IMG/VR virus record: IMGVR_UViG_3300042934_000212
Source: a virus
Lineage: Duplodnaviria; Heunggongvirae; Uroviricota; Caudoviricetes
DNA: 64,000 nt
Strand: one strand, 5' to 3'
The position numbers and the translations under genes were made by a program. The notes under the pieces were generated by a model. That model was not told the origin of the DNA and ran no database searches. It saw only the letters and a program-made list of their open reading frames with translations. This document shows positions 38,997-48,875 of the stretch, in pieces. Position 1 is the stretch's first letter. The number at the start of each line of letters is the position of its first letter.

Positions 38997-39455
38997 TCAG
39001 TCGTCGAGTACTACGGTTGGTTTATGACGGGCGTTTTGTTTTGCCACTTCCAGATTGTGTTCTTCAGCGTATGAGTTCTGCTTAACGCGAACATAGTTCC
39101 ATAGTACAAACAACGCCAATGCCATAATAACCCACGGCCAATCATTAAGTGCAAAGCTAATGATTGTAAACGCCAAGAAGTGATATGTGTAAATGAAGTT
39201 GAAGCTCTGGAATTTAAACACTTCTTCATAGTGTTCTTTCATTGAACGTTTGTATTCAATTGATGGATGAACCCCGACCCAATAGATACCAGACGCAATG
39301 ATCGAACCCATGTAGAAGATGATCATCAGTATTACATATTTGTCCTGAAGAGTACTGTTAATATAAACGTACTTTTCATTGAGACTGAGGAATGCAAATA
39401 CACATTCCACGAAGATAAGCAGTACTGTAATGAGATTGATGTATGAACGTTTCAT
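38997..39455 (-). CDS. membrane protein
   Basis: four hydrophobic segments. Confidence 0.7.
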   Translation of the reverse strand: MKRSYINLITVLLIFVECVFAFLSLNEKYVYINSTLQDKYVILMIIFYMGSIIASGIYWVGVHPSIEYKRSMKEHYEEVFKFQSFNFIYTYHFLAFTIISFALNDWPWVIMALALFVLWNYVRVKQNSYAEEHNLEVAKQNARHKPTVVLDD

Positions 39456-39497
39456 TTTTCACCTATTAAGTGGGGATGGTTAATCCCCATTTATTGT

Positions 39498-40013
39498 TTA
39501 CTTAAGGGAGATACCCCAATTTTTTTCCATTTCAGCTTTCAAATTACCAATTTCCGAATTTGAAAGTACAATCTTTTCTTTTTTCTGCTGCGGCTTCGCT
39601 ACTGTAACATCGCTCTTACCCATATTCTGGATAGCAAAGTTCGTTACATCTTTCACTGAACTTAGTTTACCGTTCAGTAGTTGACCGAAGAAAACATTAC
39701 GCTTACCAATGAATTCACCTACTTCACTGACTGGCACAACTGTTTTACTTAGTACTGCTACTTTCGTAAAGCCAGTGATTAGTTTATCAGCTTTCACATC
39801 GCAGATAATTGCGAACGGGTAACCTTCCCAATAACAAATCCATTTGTGGAAATCAGTTGCATCAACTTTCAAACAATCTTTAAAAGTATAATACATAAAA
39901 TCATCATCCATGAGTCCTAAGAAACCACCATCATCAGCAATAGATTCAATTGGGATATATCCGGCACGGTTGATCATGGTTTTGGTAATTTTAGTTGCTA
40001 GTACAGATGACAT
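39498..40013 (-). CDS. hypothetical protein
   Basis: start reassigned to MSSVL. Confidence 0.7.
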   Translation of the reverse strand: MSSVLATKITKTMINRAGYIPIESIADDGGFLGLMDDDFMYYTFKDCLKVDATDFHKWICYWEGYPFAIICDVKADKLITGFTKVAVLSKTVVPVSEVGEFIGKRNVFFGQLLNGKLSSVKDVTNFAIQNMGKSDVTVAKPQQKKEKIVLSNSEIGNLKAEMEKNWGISLK

Positions 40014-40065
40014 ATTCCACTTCCTCAAAAGAATTCAAATTATATAATTCACAAATTAAAAAGTA

Positions 40066-40536
40066 TTAAATTACGTTACGGCGTTTTTCTGTCTTTTCTT
40101 TCTCTTTTTGGTCTTGTAGCTTTTTAACAACCTTATCCGCTAGGATAAACACAGTTGGTGAAAGCAAATATTCTGTACCCTCTATACTACCTACTTTGTA
40201 CTGAAAGTGCAACGTATTTCCACCTGGCTTTACAATGCGAAGTTTGTATTCTTCAGGTTCATCACGCCATGTCGGGCCGGACAAACCACAATCTGTCGCA
40301 TTGTCAAGTGCTAATGCTAAAAGTTTTTCCAACTTAGCATTAACTTCAGGATAAAAGTCGTGTTGGGTATTGATCTGCTGATACGTACACAAGTATGAAA
40401 GAGCATAGTTCTTGAAGAACGAGAATACACCATCCGATACCTTTAACGCATAGATACTTCTGATATTCACGCCACCAGATTGAAAGCAAAATGCTAACTG
40501 GAAAAACACGAAAAACACAATTACATATAACGTCAT
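40066..40536 (-). CDS. membrane-anchored hypothetical protein
   Basis: N-terminal hydrophobic helix. Confidence 0.7.
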   Translation of the reverse strand: MTLYVIVFFVFFQLAFCFQSGGVNIRSIYALKVSDGVFSFFKNYALSYLCTYQQINTQHDFYPEVNAKLEKLLALALDNATDCGLSGPTWRDEPEEYKLRIVKPGGNTLHFQYKVGSIEGTEYLLSPTVFILADKVVKKLQDQKEKEKTEKRRNVI

Positions 40537-40838
40537 TTTATTGCCTTATATTCTTCCTCACATTTGATTGAACGTGAAGATGGTGGAGTTACTTTTGCTG
40601 AATCAACACCACTTTGATAATACTCATATACTATCTGATTCTTTTCCAGTTCAGAGGATTGAATCTGATCGTTATAGTACTTTTGCATTTTGGTGTAAAT
40701 CTTTTTCTTAGAGGTATAACTCATTTGAGTAGTATACCCAGCACAATACGCATAGTGATTAACACCAGTACTCGCATGTGCTTGTTTGTACAGAAACAGT
40801 GATACTAAACCCAGGAATAATAATCCTACTAGTTTCAC
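40533..40838 (-). CDS. exported protein
   Basis: signal peptide ending AHA. Confidence 0.65.
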   Translation of the reverse strand: MKLVGLLFLGLVSLFLYKQAHASTGVNHYAYCAGYTTQMSYTSKKKIYTKMQKYYNDQIQSSELEKNQIVYEYYQSGVDSAKVTPPSSRSIKCEEEYKAIK

Positions 40839-41032
40839 AATACTTTCTCCAACGTAATAGTTACCGGAGTATAACGATCTGCAAAACTGATTAATGCAGT
40901 ATGCAGTACTTTAACAACTTTGAATTCGTGGGCGTAAAGAGAAACAGTATCGCCCACTGATGGAATATTCCAAAACATAATTGTTTCAGTTAATCCATCC
41001 ATTTCAACAATAACATCCTTTGGTACAATCAT
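40835..41032 (-). CDS. hypothetical protein
   Basis: 65-aa ORF overlapping both neighbours. Confidence 0.65.
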   Translation of the reverse strand: MIVPKDVIVEMDGLTETIMFWNIPSVGDTVSLYAHEFKVVKVLHTALISFADRYTPVTITLEKVL

Positions 41033-41616
41033 TGGAAACGTAACTCCTGTAGTGGTGACATAATATCACGTACTGGATAGTTCTCGATCTTCGGACGATT
41101 ATCTGGACCCGTCATTACTGGTTCAATCAGATGAATTTCTTCGACCTTGTTATATCCTTCGAACGTAAATTCCTGGATGCGTTCATTATACAACGCCCAA
41201 ATAACAATATCTGCTTTGCGTTGAATCTTAGGTAATTGGCGTGAACTAATACATGGACCGTATCGTAACCATGCACCGTACTTGATACCCTTTACTTCGA
41301 TTCGTTTACCGCCAACGTAAATATCGCATTCACCTTCGCGACGTTCGTCTAGGAACGCTGCATCGATTTGTAAGTCCAAACCAGTGATTTGCTCGATCTC
41401 TTTGAACAGAATCAATGCGGCATGTTCGGCTGCTAATCCTACCATGTGTGAGTGAGTATGATTCTGACCGTAAGGCGACACGCCATCTGGCGAAATGACA
41501 GAAAACTTTTCAGACTTAATTACCGCTTGCTCTAGCAGGGTTGCTGCTTCTGCGTCAGACAGGCGGATTTTCATCTTGTTTTCACGAATAATCAAACGAC
41601 TCATTTTTTTGTTCAC
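41029..41616 (-). CDS. PD-(D/E)xK-like nuclease
   Basis: GLAAEHA...ECDIYVGGKRIEVKG. Confidence 0.65.
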   Translation of the reverse strand: MNKKMSRLIIRENKMKIRLSDAEAATLLEQAVIKSEKFSVISPDGVSPYGQNHTHSHMVGLAAEHAALILFKEIEQITGLDLQIDAAFLDERREGECDIYVGGKRIEVKGIKYGAWLRYGPCISSRQLPKIQRKADIVIWALYNERIQEFTFEGYNKVEEIHLIEPVMTGPDNRPKIENYPVRDIMSPLQELRFQ

Positions 41617-41779
41617 CTCAATTAATATAGGTACATTATAGCAAAAAAGTGACTCAAGTCAAGCACTTTAAAAACTCTAGTTTTATTTCTTATGATTATT
41701 AGAGCATGAAAAGATTATAATTGTCAACTAAAATTGGCGTATTTGAAATAAATACCTGACAATAACAGGAGGATACACA

Positions 41780-42916
41780 ATGGCTAGACCTATTGCGGGT
41801 ATTGATGAATATAAATTTGGCGAATGTGGATTTGTAGTTGACGGTGCGTTACTAAAAAATGGCGTTAAACTAAAGAATGTTCGTATTTACAAACAACGTT
41901 CGATACATACCTTTGATTTAATCGATCCAAATTCAGGAACAATATATCAGAAAGTACAGCTAACTGGTTATGATGATAGTTCTCGTGTGTTGGATTATTC
42001 AATGACAGATGATGTTCTACTAACTAAGATACCAGTGAACTCATTCTATGTTCGTGGTTACAATGATGCTTTATCTCATAAGGGATTCGTAATACGTTTT
42101 CTAACGCATAAAGTAGTTCTCAGTGATGGAAGTCATGCTAATCTTTATGATATGTATACACCTTACTGTAGCATCCCGACTCCAGAGTTGGGTCTTATTA
42201 CAATTAGTACTGTAACCGTAGACAGCACAACCGTAACTGGTTCTGTTAGTTCTACAACAGGAACATTATATGAAGATGGAATGGTAGTTACATTAACTAC
42301 TCCAGATGGAAGGGTATATACTACTACAGTAGTGAACAGGGTTTTCACTTTCGAAAACGTACAGTTCGATACTGAAGGTACTGGTATACTAGAGATTACT
42401 TCTCCACACTATAATACCAAAACAATTGATTTTGAAGTTAAACCACCAACAGCAGATACTGATTATGTTACCGATTATGCGGTAGCAGCAAGCCAGTTCG
42501 TTGATAACGGCGATGGATCATATTCATATTCTTTACCAGAAAGTCAACACAATCGCGGAAGTGATATAGTGGTTCAGTTACAAGCTAATGGTGTAGTATA
42601 TGATGCTTCAGTACAGGTTGATTCGGATGGTAATGTTACGCTAACGCAGACAGTTAAGCAGGATGCTAACATTCTTATAATCGGGAAAACTAAGTTAACT
42701 GCACCTTATGCAGCTACTTTAGTATGGACATTGGACGGTGGTGTTTACAAGATGGATATTCCATTCAGTACTCACCAGAAAGATAATGTTGTTATCGCAG
42801 TATATGAAAATACACAACTAGTAACAATTGAAGTACATTTAGATGATTCTAATAATGTAACTCTTATCAGTGATTCGGAACTCACTGGTAAAGTGGTTAT
42901 TGCAGGACATGACTAA
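41780..42916 (+). CDS. putative late structural protein with Ig-like/beta repeats
   Basis: TAAATA at ~41749, AGGAGG RBS; T/V/D-rich beta repeats; opposite strand to the early block. Confidence 0.65.
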   Translation: MARPIAGIDEYKFGECGFVVDGALLKNGVKLKNVRIYKQRSIHTFDLIDPNSGTIYQKVQLTGYDDSSRVLDYSMTDDVLLTKIPVNSFYVRGYNDALSHKGFVIRFLTHKVVLSDGSHANLYDMYTPYCSIPTPELGLITISTVTVDSTTVTGSVSSTTGTLYEDGMVVTLTTPDGRVYTTTVVNRVFTFENVQFDTEGTGILEITSPHYNTKTIDFEVKPPTADTDYVTDYAVAASQFVDNGDGSYSYSLPESQHNRGSDIVVQLQANGVVYDASVQVDSDGNVTLTQTVKQDANILIIGKTKLTAPYAATLVWTLDGGVYKMDIPFSTHQKDNVVIAVYENTQLVTIEVHLDDSNNVTLISDSELTGKVVIAGHD

Positions 42917-42930
42917 AATAAAAGGCACTC

Positions 42931-43473
42931 TTATGAGTGCCTTTTTTCTTTGTTATAAACAACAGCTCTTGATTTATGAACTTTTGAACGATGAACTTCG
43001 TTCCATATGGTAGATTCAATACTATGCGAGTTCGGCCTTATAAGGATTAATGAATCACTATAAGTACTCAATGCATACAACAGTTTATTTCTGTATGATT
43101 CTGGAACAATGTCATATGCATAGCTACATATAATCACATCATATCCTTTATCAAATGTACACTGGAAATCTGCAATATCCTCAAATGAATAAGGATAGCA
43201 TTTAAAACCAGTTTCTTCAGTATATCGTTCATGCATATACTTATCAGCACCTTCTATGTTCTGTACTCCACAGTTCTTTAGTACGGAACTAACCAAACCA
43301 TTACCTGAAGCTAGATCAAGTACTGTTGCATCTTCAGTAAAGAATTGATAGAAGGTATCCATCAGGCATTCATTAACAAACTGCTCATGTGGATTAGTAT
43401 ATGTCTTTTGTGTTTCTTGTTGTTGGTAGTATTCCTGGACGCCTAATGTCCTGTACTGCTCTGTAACTTTCAT
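42931..43473 (-). CDS. class I SAM-dependent methyltransferase
   Basis: VLDLASGNG motif I; YDVIICSY. Confidence 0.8.
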   Translation of the reverse strand: MKVTEQYRTLGVQEYYQQQETQKTYTNPHEQFVNECLMDTFYQFFTEDATVLDLASGNGLVSSVLKNCGVQNIEGADKYMHERYTEETGFKCYPYSFEDIADFQCTFDKGYDVIICSYAYDIVPESYRNKLLYALSTYSDSLILIRPNSHSIESTIWNEVHRSKVHKSRAVVYNKEKRHS

Positions 43474-43526
43474 ATTGTCCTTAACGAAAAAAGGGAGCCA
43501 TTTGGCTCCCTTAATGAATTCAGATA

Positions 43527-44222
43527 TTATAGACCGCGAAGAATGCTTGCGAACACCTGATTAACAGTTAGTTCTGCATTGTCACGAGCCTGTTCAAAGA
43601 TTGACTCTTTGTGTGCTGCGATAGTTGCGTTAACGTCTGCATCGCTGTGGAAGCGGCGAACGTTAGCTACTAGTGCCTGAACGCGAGCATCGTTTTCGAT
43701 TAGGTATGCAACCTTATCGTCGATTGCTGAAGTTAGTTCAGCGTCAGTTAGTTCGCTGATTACAGTATCTGCTGATACGGTACGTGCTGCTGAACGGTTA
43801 GTACCGAATACTGACTCAGATTCTGCTGATGTAGCAGTATCGCGACCACGTGAAGCAACCTGATCTAGTGCTGAAGTTAGAGTATCAAAAAGGTCATTGA
43901 TACGTGCTTCTGCTGAATCTTTACGACCAGTTGCAGCGGCACCAGCTTTCTTAGCAGAAGCAGTTACTGATTCAACAGCACCACCGAAAAGACCGGATAC
44001 TACACCGAAAAGACCAGATAGTGAACCTACACCTTCTTCAGACGCTTTTGCATCATCAAGAATCTCACCAAGATCAAGCTGTGCTTCTAGTGCTTCTTCT
44101 TGTGAATCGAAAGCAACTGCTAGAGTAGCTTTGGTGGTGATGATCTGTACTTCATCGCCTTCAACTACTGAAGCTACGAAATCTGCTGAATCAAATAGTA
44201 CGGTGTGGAATTGAACTTGCAT
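43527..44222 (-). CDS. hypothetical protein (biased codon use, likely abundant)
   Basis: 231-aa A/S-rich ORF, GAGG RBS, terminator at ~43487-43512. Confidence 0.75.
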   Translation of the reverse strand: MQVQFHTVLFDSADFVASVVEGDEVQIITTKATLAVAFDSQEEALEAQLDLGEILDDAKASEEGVGSLSGLFGVVSGLFGGAVESVTASAKKAGAAATGRKDSAEARINDLFDTLTSALDQVASRGRDTATSAESESVFGTNRSAARTVSADTVISELTDAELTSAIDDKVAYLIENDARVQALVANVRRFHSDADVNATIAAHKESIFEQARDNAELTVNQVFASILRGL

Positions 44223-44291
44223 GTAATACCTCTATTAGTTAATTTATGATTGCTTCTTTGTTACATTAGTTTGTACTCATTGAGTACCTTG

Positions 44292-44364
44292 TGGAGCTAA
44301 ACGGGTTCGAACCGTTGACCTTCTACGTGCAAAGCAGACGCTCTCCCAACTGAGCTATAGCCCC
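44292..44364 (-). tRNA. tRNA-Ala(UGC)
   Basis: cloverleaf; anticodon arm TCTGC-TT-TGC-AC-GTAGA; CCA not encoded. Confidence 0.95.
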
Positions 44365-44442
44365 TTATCACGTCCTAACTTATACCGAGTCGGCTTTCGG
44401 GCAGACGTGATACACCCCGAAGCACATTGGCTTTGTATAAGC
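44365..44442 (-). ncRNA. candidate pseudoknotted small RNA between two tRNAs
   Basis: CTTATAC/GTATAAG closing stem; TCGGG/CCCGA hairpin whose loop TATCACGTC pairs with downstream GACGTGATA. Confidence 0.55.
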
Positions 44443-44519
44443 TGGATGCGGGAGAGGGATTTGAACCCCCGACCTCAAGGTTATGAGCCTTGCGAGCTAC
44501 CTAACTGCTCCATCCCGCA
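44443..44519 (-). tRNA. tRNA-Met(CAU), initiator-like body
   Basis: GGAGCAG..GGTAGCTCG D arm, anticodon CAT, CCA encoded. Confidence 0.9.
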
Positions 44520-44534
44520 TTCGTTTATGTGATT

Positions 44535-44563
44535 ATTATACCACACTTTTTTAATTCGTTTCA
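44535..44563 (-). promoter_or_regulatory. TGAAAC-class promoter
   Basis: TGAAAC-N13-GTGG-TATAAT. Confidence 0.8.
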
Positions 44564-44620
44564 TTTATTTTTAAATTTTATTTTTCAAACTTAAATTTAA
44601 ATGTCTTACTGAATGCCTAT

Positions 44621-44649
44621 ATTATACCACAAAAATTTCTTCTGTTTCA
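44621..44649 (-). promoter_or_regulatory. TGAAAC-class promoter
   Basis: TGAAAC-N13-GTGG-TATAAT. Confidence 0.8.
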
Positions 44650-44659
44650 CTTTTATTTG

Positions 44660-44851
44660 TTAGAGAGCAAAATAAAAGCCTAAAGCTGGTGCCAAAATAA
44701 ACAGCAATGCCATACCAGTATAAAAGAAGATATTGAACTTAATGTCATCTTTCTTAGTACCGTACTGTGGTTGGGTCAAGCCGAAATTCACGGTGAAAAT
44801 TAATCCCGCCATCCAGCAGATAATCATAAACACAACAGCGACCGCAATCAT
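44660..44851 (-). CDS. small 2-TM membrane protein
   Basis: two hydrophobic helices, GGAG RBS. Confidence 0.7.
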   Translation of the reverse strand: MIAVAVVFMIICWMAGLIFTVNFGLTQPQYGTKKDDIKFNIFFYTGMALLFILAPALGFYFAL

Positions 44852-44862
44852 ATGTAACTCCC

Positions 44863-45093
44863 TTAATTGAGTTTGTTAAGGATAAGTTCTTCTGCTTTTT
44901 TATAACTTATTCCGCTGATAGAAGCCAGGTGTAATTCTTGAGTTACAAGTTTGCAGCACTTAGGGCATTCGGCAGTGTAATTGATTTGGCTATTACCATT
45001 AGGCTCACCCCACCAGTTTAAACGCTGGTATACATTCAATGACAGTACTTCGAACTTATGCCGACAAAAAAGATATTGCAGTTTTTTGAACAT
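44863..45093 (-). CDS. small putative zinc-binding protein (LFCxH..CxxC)
   Basis: YLFCRHKF...ECPKC. Confidence 0.7.
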   Translation of the reverse strand: MFKKLQYLFCRHKFEVLSLNVYQRLNWWGEPNGNSQINYTAECPKCCKLVTQELHLASISGISYKKAEELILNKLN

Positions 45094-45106
45094 AAAATGT
45101 CCTTAT

Positions 45107-45182
45107 TGGTGGTCAGTACTGGATTTGAACCAGTGACTTCTACATTATGAGTGTAGCGTTCTACCAACTGAACTAACTGACC
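45107..45182 (-). tRNA. tRNA with CAU anticodon (Ile2 or elongator Met)
   Basis: cloverleaf; CTACA-CT-CAT-AA-TGTAG; ACCA end. Confidence 0.9.
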
Positions 45183-45380
45183 TTAATTTTTATATTTTTG
45201 TATGTTGTGTGCTAGTGCGTGAATGTCGAACCGTGCACGTTGTAGTGCAGACACTGCTGAGTCCTGATAGCTATTAGTTGTCGCCTGTACATTCTTTTCA
45301 ACTGTAATATACTGTTGAAGTTCCAGTTGAATGTTCAAAAGCTGTTCTTCAATTTCAATCAAACGCTGTGCTGTGATCAT
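45183..45380 (-). CDS. hypothetical protein
   Basis: 65-aa ORF. Confidence 0.65.
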   Translation of the reverse strand: MITAQRLIEIEEQLLNIQLELQQYITVEKNVQATTNSYQDSAVSALQRARFDIHALAHNIQKYKN

Positions 45381-45462
45381 GATTTATCTCTATTAAAAAG
45401 ACCACTCCTATAGTGGTCAGGACAGGAGCAGTATCACACGAAAGCTCACTCCTGTCAACACT

Positions 45463-45822
45463 TTACATATCTTTTACTGCACGTTTTAAAATATAGTTAA
45501 ACCGTGCCAAGTCATAGATATTCAAGTCAAACAATTGTTCATCAAGAATAGTCAAGTACTCGTAAATCTCTGGCTTATCACCTTCATTTTCTACATCAGT
45601 ATTAATCAATAGACCGAAGTCAACAATGCAAAGTAGTAGTGATAGATCACCATCATCATCAAAGTAACCTACTCTGACTAATGGTACTGGTGCTGTTTCA
45701 TCAAGCTCCATTAGATAAGTCACACCATTGTAATCAAGTGTGTGATCATCATAACGTAGAAAGTGATTGTAGTTCTGATCAAAGAACTGAGCTACTTCAC
45801 GAAGTGAATTGAATTGGTGCAT
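45463..45822 (-). CDS. hypothetical protein
   Basis: start reassigned to MHQFN (AAGGA RBS); the longer ORF overlaps tRNA-Cys. Confidence 0.7.
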   Translation of the reverse strand: MHQFNSLREVAQFFDQNYNHFLRYDDHTLDYNGVTYLMELDETAPVPLVRVGYFDDDGDLSLLLCIVDFGLLINTDVENEGDKPEIYEYLTILDEQLFDLNIYDLARFNYILKRAVKDM

Positions 45823-45843
45823 AGTGTTTCCTTGTGTTAAATA

Positions 45844-45919
45844 TGGAGCAGGGAATCGGATTCGAACCGATGTATAATGGATTTGCAATCCACCCCCTCA
45901 ACCTCTCAGGCATCCCCGC
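45844..45919 (-). tRNA. tRNA-Cys(GCA)
   Basis: GTGGA-TT-GCA-AA-TCCAT; U73; CCA encoded. Confidence 0.9.
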
Positions 45920-46523
45920 TTAAATCTTCTTTGAATTTGAAATATACTCGCCACTTATTTGCACTTTTTTCATTACTTGCTATCAAGTGACCCATAGATT
46001 CAATAAGTTTTTTCATTTCAATTACCTTTAGACATTCTTCCAATTCTAGAATATTATCAGTAACTGTCATCATTTGGAAATGTTCTTCTTCTGATGATGG
46101 TATATTCTTATATTCCATTTTTAAATTAGTTTTAATAACGTCTTGTACTTCTTGATTGAACATATTACCCATTCCACTTTTTGATGGAACGGTAACCATT
46201 ACTCGGCCTTGATATATCCATGTGTCGTCAGGTTCAACGCTTACCATATTGAACACATCACCATCTATCTTACAAACCAGTATTTTCTGTTCAAACGGTT
46301 GCATGTAAGTTTGTGGATTGTAGAAATCTGTAGTGCGGTTTTCTATTTCAGCCTTTACGTTCATAAAGAACTCAAAGGTTCCTAGTGTGATGTTATGACG
46401 TATTTCTGATGTGTCATATGAATAAACTAATTCGTCAAACGTTTGTCTCACATCAAGTTTAAATTTACCAATATTGTTATAAAAATGATTGATAATACTG
46501 GTTCTACTTTCTAAAGCATCCAT
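45906..46523 (-). CDS. hypothetical protein, family C ('EE.FFQ.STV')
   Basis: EEEHFQMMTVTD. Confidence 0.7.
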   Translation of the reverse strand: MDALESRTSIINHFYNNIGKFKLDVRQTFDELVYSYDTSEIRHNITLGTFEFFMNVKAEIENRTTDFYNPQTYMQPFEQKILVCKIDGDVFNMVSVEPDDTWIYQGRVMVTVPSKSGMGNMFNQEVQDVIKTNLKMEYKNIPSSEEEHFQMMTVTDNILELEECLKVIEMKKLIESMGHLIASNEKSANKWRVYFKFKEDLSGDA

Positions 46524-47008
46524 TGGTTATGTATGTCCTGTAAAATATTCCGCTTAATTTTTTGTATATTCAAAGTACTTTCAAAAGATAGAACATCATC
46601 TTTTACAGTACATTGCTGAAACCACATATCTTCAGTGTTGAAGTAACTAAACTTAGTGTAAACTTCATCGGGTATATCTACTGCACTGTAATTATAACTT
46701 AAGTACTGAAGCTCAGCCATACTCATTGTATTAACCAATTCACGCATTTTATCAGAATGCATTCTCTTCAATTCCTTATTGAATTCTTCAGCTATAATAT
46801 CTTTTATCTCAATGAATTCATCATGAATAAAAAGAACCATATCTTTATTGGAATTGTATATCTTAATACTGGTTGAATTTTTCGTTTGTGATTCATTCAT
46901 ATCAGGATATAGAGTGTAGCTGTATGGTGAATCAGCTTGGCCTATTTTATCGGAAATCAATTCAAGGACAGCTTCTGTCATTTCGAAGGTATTAGTTATT
47001 GTTTTCAT
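46511..47008 (-). CDS. hypothetical protein, family C
   Basis: EDMWFQQCTVKD. Confidence 0.7.
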   Translation of the reverse strand: MKTITNTFEMTEAVLELISDKIGQADSPYSYTLYPDMNESQTKNSTSIKIYNSNKDMVLFIHDEFIEIKDIIAEEFNKELKRMHSDKMRELVNTMSMAELQYLSYNYSAVDIPDEVYTKFSYFNTEDMWFQQCTVKDDVLSFESTLNIQKIKRNILQDIHNQWML

Positions 47009-47049
47009 ATCAGAGGTAATAAAATAGGGAGCATGTGCTCCCTTATTTT

Positions 47050-47256
47050 TTAGTTAGATTGGTTAGGATCTTGAACAACATCGGTTGGTACTGGTGCAGG
47101 ATCTGCAACAGGGGCATCAACACTTGCTGGTGCATCTGTACTTACATCATCTTCACTTGCTGGAATGCCAACGTCTAGTTGACTGTTCTCAGGTTCTTTA
47201 GTGAAAGCCGCAAATATAGATTTGATAATAGACCAAATTTTACTTAAAATAATCAT
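47050..47256 (-). CDS. small putative late protein
   Basis: TAAATA upstream, AAGGAG RBS; amphipathic N-terminus, D/P/A-rich tail. Confidence 0.6.
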   Translation of the reverse strand: MIILSKIWSIIKSIFAAFTKEPENSQLDVGIPASEDDVSTDAPASVDAPVADPAPVPTDVVQDPNQSN

Positions 47257-47352
47257 AAGTACTCCTTAATATGCACAACTGTTTGTGCTAATTATTTAAG
47301 GATGGAATACTTATAACGATGTAAACAAATACTTCTATTTGTAAAAGTTGTA

Positions 47353-47709
47353 TTACGGTGATTCAGTTTTAGGTAACTGCGATTTCGGTAGACAACTAAT
47401 AGAAGAATCCCACGTTTTAGTATTGATTACAACCCAGCATGAAGCATCAGGATAATTCACACGCTTAATGCTCTGATAGTTATCAGTGGTAGTACTTTTA
47501 GAAATTACAAGATTATTTGGTGCAATTTCTTCATCAATAACTGGTTTGTCTTCCTTCTTTGGTGGAGCATCAGTCTGTCCAGCTTGTGCTTCTACTGAAC
47601 TTTCCTGTTGAGCCTGAGTCGATGGTGCCGGAGCTTTTTCAGCTTCAGCCGGAAAAGGTTTACATGCACCAAGCAAAAAAATTGCAGCAATAAGAAATGC
47701 GTTTTTCAT
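47353..47709 (-). CDS. lipoprotein
   Basis: lipobox LLGAC. Confidence 0.75.
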   Translation of the reverse strand: MKNAFLIAAIFLLGACKPFPAEAEKAPAPSTQAQQESSVEAQAGQTDAPPKKEDKPVIDEEIAPNNLVISKSTTTDNYQSIKRVNYPDASCWVVINTKTWDSSISCLPKSQLPKTESP

Positions 47710-47711
47710 TA

Positions 47712-48176
47712 TTAATCCTTTACTTCAATAAGTTTAAGTTCAGGAACAACAAAATCTTCTTCAAGGAAGTATAATTTAATTGTTTCAGCTACACGACAAA
47801 AACCAGAGTCATATTCCACCGGATAACCAAGTACGGTTTCATGTAGGAAATACACTACTTCATATTTGTCCACATCATCTGCAAGCAAATCAAAATTAAA
47901 AAGTTTAAGTACTTCTTCATTTGATTCGAAATCTTCAGTAACGATTTCAACGATACGTTCTACTGCGGTATCAGTAATATCACCATTACCAAAGTACTTT
48001 CCACGTCCACCATTATGACGGGATTTGAAAAGTTTAGCAACCGCAACAAGGAACTTTCCTTGAATTTCGGTTAGTCCGTGGTGAACGATGGTACGGTAAT
48101 GATCACCATCGTTCTCCCAGGATGTTACTGATACTGAATAACCTTTTGGAATTGTACTACCAGTTTCAACTAGCAT
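47712..48176 (-). CDS. hypothetical phage protein (VTSWENDGD motif)
   Basis: 154-aa ORF. Confidence 0.75.
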   Translation of the reverse strand: MLVETGSTIPKGYSVSVTSWENDGDHYRTIVHHGLTEIQGKFLVAVAKLFKSRHNGGRGKYFGNGDITDTAVERIVEIVTEDFESNEEVLKLFNFDLLADDVDKYEVVYFLHETVLGYPVEYDSGFCRVAETIKLYFLEEDFVVPELKLIEVKD

Positions 48177-48387
48177 TATCTACCTGTATATGTTCAATGA
48201 AGTTGACGAGATAAATGTATTTCTCGTCATTGTAGGTTGTACCAAAAGACGCTTTGATAATCTGAATATTGTTCTCAATACAGAAATCTTCAAACAATTC
48301 ACGGTTATCAAATGATTTGAAAACCCGTTTTGTAGCTGCACCATGTTCTTTATTGAACTGTTCAACTACCACGATTTCTTTTGTCAT
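48166..48387 (-). CDS. hypothetical protein
   Basis: 73-aa ORF, GAGG RBS. Confidence 0.65.
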   Translation of the reverse strand: MTKEIVVVEQFNKEHGAATKRVFKSFDNRELFEDFCIENNIQIIKASFGTTYNDEKYIYLVNFIEHIQVDNAS

Positions 48388-48601
48388 CTTTGCGTTCCTC
48401 TCGACCTTTCTGGCGACGTTTCGCCTCGCTGATACGGATGTGATTTATTGCATCTTCTAGGGAATTATACTTACTAATTGTAGACATGTCAACAGTTTTA
48501 AGTACTTTATTATCACCCATACAAGCATGAATACCCTTACAACCACATCGTGGACAACCGTTATTTAAGTTTGGTTTTTTCATAACCCTCCAGTTGTTCA
48601 A
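48362..48601 (-). CDS. small Cys/His-rich protein
   Basis: CPRCGCKGIHAC; probable start MKKP (48583). Confidence 0.65.
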   Translation of the reverse strand: MNNWRVMKKPNLNNGCPRCGCKGIHACMGDNKVLKTVDMSTISKYNSLEDAINHIRISEAKRRQKGREERKDDKRNRGS

Positions 48602-48875
48602 GGATATTCATATCTTTAATAGCACCTTCTACTAATGAATAAACTACTGCACTATTACTTTCATCATAAATGATTTTACCATCTTTGGTAATGCAGTATC
48701 CCCAATCATCATTTTGGTTGCGTTCGCGAGATAAACCATATGGGCTTTTAGGCTTAGTACCTTCTGGATTAACAGTCTTTACATATACCCAAGCCGCAAT
48801 TCGTTTGTTCATAGTATAAACAATGCATACACAAACGAACAGAATAGAACAGCAAACTAATAAAGTGTTCATCAC
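48561..48875 (-). CDS. membrane-anchored protein, family D (KSPYG)
   Basis: N-terminal TM; KSPYG..WGYCITKDG..EQLEGYEKTKL. Confidence 0.8.
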   Translation of the reverse strand: MMNTLLVCCSILFVCVCIVYTMNKRIAAWVYVKTVNPEGTKPKSPYGLSRERNQNDDWGYCITKDGKIIYDESNSAVVYSLVEGAIKDMNILEQLEGYEKTKLK

